This document shows positions 61,995 through 63,766 of a stretch of DNA of 63,766 nt, piece by piece; the first letter of the stretch is position 1; each line of letters starts with the position of its first letter. A program made the translations under genes and the position numbers. Under the pieces are notes generated by a model. The model saw nothing but the letters and a program-made list of their open reading frames with translations. It was not told where the DNA came from and did no database searches. Location of the stretch: contig NC_068993.1 in assembly GCF_001194135.2 (NCBI RefSeq), positions 38,265,275 to 38,329,040 of the forward strand, written 5' to 3'. Origin of the DNA: Octopus bimaculoides. Taxonomy: Eukaryota.

Positions 61995-62290
61995 TACAAA
62001 CTCATGTTCAAGTATTGCCATCACCTGACCCAAAGTCCCACACATGCAAAAGCTACAGCCAGCCATTTTTGTGATAAGTCTTACTTTTTATTTTTCACAT
62101 GATGCCCTATGCATGATGATTTTTTTACAATGGGGAAAGGATTTGCACAAATGCAATCCCACTCTCTGAACATCGACAACATAAACTCATAAAGAAGGAC
62201 TAGTCTACATCATTGAATATTGTCAGATTTGCAGGTTTTCTCTCAGAGTTTCCCTATCCTTGAGAGATGTGACAACAACAGCATGGCCTC
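61995..62290 (+). pseudogene. Decayed C2H2 array
   Basis: HHLTQ..TH; (S)HFCDKSY (62061-84); PYA then GKGFAQ across a frameshift; LSEHRQH; YCQICRF with L10 (62218-62262). Confidence 0.45.
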
Positions 62291-62352
62291 CCACTCCTAG
62301 TGGGCCATCCGTGCACCTGGACACCAGCCTAGGTAATTCCACATATTGTCAG

Positions 62353-62424
62353 GTCACCTCTCTGTAAAGAGTCATCTCTCTGTAAAGAGTCACCTCTCTG
62401 TAAAGAGTCACCTCTCTGTGTAGA
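62353..62424. repeat. 18-bp tandem repeat gtcacctctctgtaaaga, 4 units
   Basis: Units start at 62353, 62371, 62389, 62407. Confidence 0.95.
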
Positions 62425-62514
62425 AATACTATACACTTTTATATACGAAAATATGTTGTCTATTGACTCTTATTATGCATGCTAACCACCGGTATAAAAA
62501 ATTTTTTTAACTTT

Positions 62515-62628
<114 letters not shown>

Positions 62629-62734
62629 GACACTCAAATACACACACAAACACACACATACACACACACACATACATATATATATGAGAAATCCGTAGCA
62701 TCTTGGTGAATATTAATAATAATATCGTATCTAA

Positions 62735-63000
62735 GTGAAGGTGCATGGCCTAGTGGTTCGGGTATATTACCCATGATAACTAGATCATGTGTTTGATTCC
62801 TTGCCTGGGCAGAGCGTTTTGTTCTTTATTAAAACACTTCATTTCATGTTGTTCCAGTTCAGTCAGCTGTAAAAGTCTTCTGCTCAGGGTTAGCGTTAAC
62901 CTGTTTGCTTACCCAGTGGGGTGGCATCATTCCAAAGCTAAAACAATGCAAAGCGCATTGTGACCAGTGATGTATAATGTCTGCTAGTCTGGTCAACACC
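62735..63000 (+). mobile_element. tRNA-derived SINE, head B + a third tail (T3)
   Basis: tggcctagtggttcgg A box, tgtttgattcc B box, aaaacacttcatttcatgttg.tccag shared with 48822 copy; 3' part differs. Confidence 0.7.
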
Positions 63001-63031
63001 TCGATACTGTGATATATATATATACATGCAT

Positions 63032-63068
<37 letters not shown>

Positions 63069-63269
63069 ATTAACATTATGGGTTAATTAATTTTATATAC
63101 TATCCTAAATGAATTTAATTTTATAGAAATAGGCTTATACAGAGATGATGGACTATCCATGGCATACAACCACTTCTTCAGACAAGTTCTCATCAAATGA
63201 TTTAATCTAAAGCATAAGTGTATTGAATTCTCGCTATTGGCCACACATACACACACACACATATAGATA

Positions 63270-63302
<33 letters not shown>

Positions 63303-63465
63303 TTATTCACAGACATACAGATGCACTCAAACACACACACATACACAGATGCACACACAGACATACATGTGAATATGTAAGTGCAAAATACAGTGGACAA
63401 AATAGTATTCAAACAGCAGTGGTTGAGTAAAATACAATTTCATTGAACCTGAAAACGTCTCACAA

Positions 63466-63504
63466 GCTATTACTCAGAGTTTCATGTAACGATTCATCAG
63501 ATAA
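63466..63504 (-). ncRNA. Minimal type-I hammerhead ribozyme motif with canonical core
   Basis: UUAU CUGAUGA AUCG UUA CAU GAAAC UCUGA GUA AUAG: canonical CUGAUGA/GAAA; helix III and triplet identical to the 45.3-kb copy. Confidence 0.7.
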
Positions 63505-63766
63505 AAAACCACCATATAACAATACATATACACACATGCATTCACATGCATGCACACACATATATGTATACATATATATATATATATATATATACACATA
63601 TGCATATATATGAATATATATATGTATCTACAAATACACACACACACACTCACATATGTATATATATATATATATACACACACATGCATGTGTACACATA
63701 TACATGTACATGTGTGTGTATATATGAGTAATCATCATTATTTTGCATCCATTTTTCACGTTGGTA

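Overview
Repeat-saturated animal genomic DNA, very probably an Octopus-type cephalopod. This is inferred from the extreme TA/CA/GATA/AAT/GAT microsatellite load and SINE families I recognise from octopus; roughly 4 kb is N-gap. I find no intact protein-coding gene, rRNA, true tRNA or CRISPR array, and nearly all listed ORFs are microsatellite read-through. The window holds (i) several tRNA-derived SINE families with interchangeable heads and tails; (ii) six R4/Dong (RLE-type) LINE pieces of about four lineages, all in (TAA)n arrays and each directly beside the head of an oppositely oriented SINE; (iii) RTE, Tx1-like and Gypsy gag remnants, Tc1/mariner, pogo- and piggyBac-like elements, MITEs and a Helentron-type HINE; (iv) minimal Penelope-type hammerhead ribozyme motifs, one preceded by its own 44-bp antisense copy; and (v) many short 'unique' islands between repeats that translate into decayed C2H2/C2HC zinc fingers on both strands, best at 31-34, 46.7-47, 55.7-62.3 kb. 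Together these suggest a graveyard of zinc-finger genes shredded by microsatellites and retroposons. All alignments and translations were done by eye; repeat boundaries are approximate (about +/-10-20 bp) and family names come from recalled motifs, not database searches.
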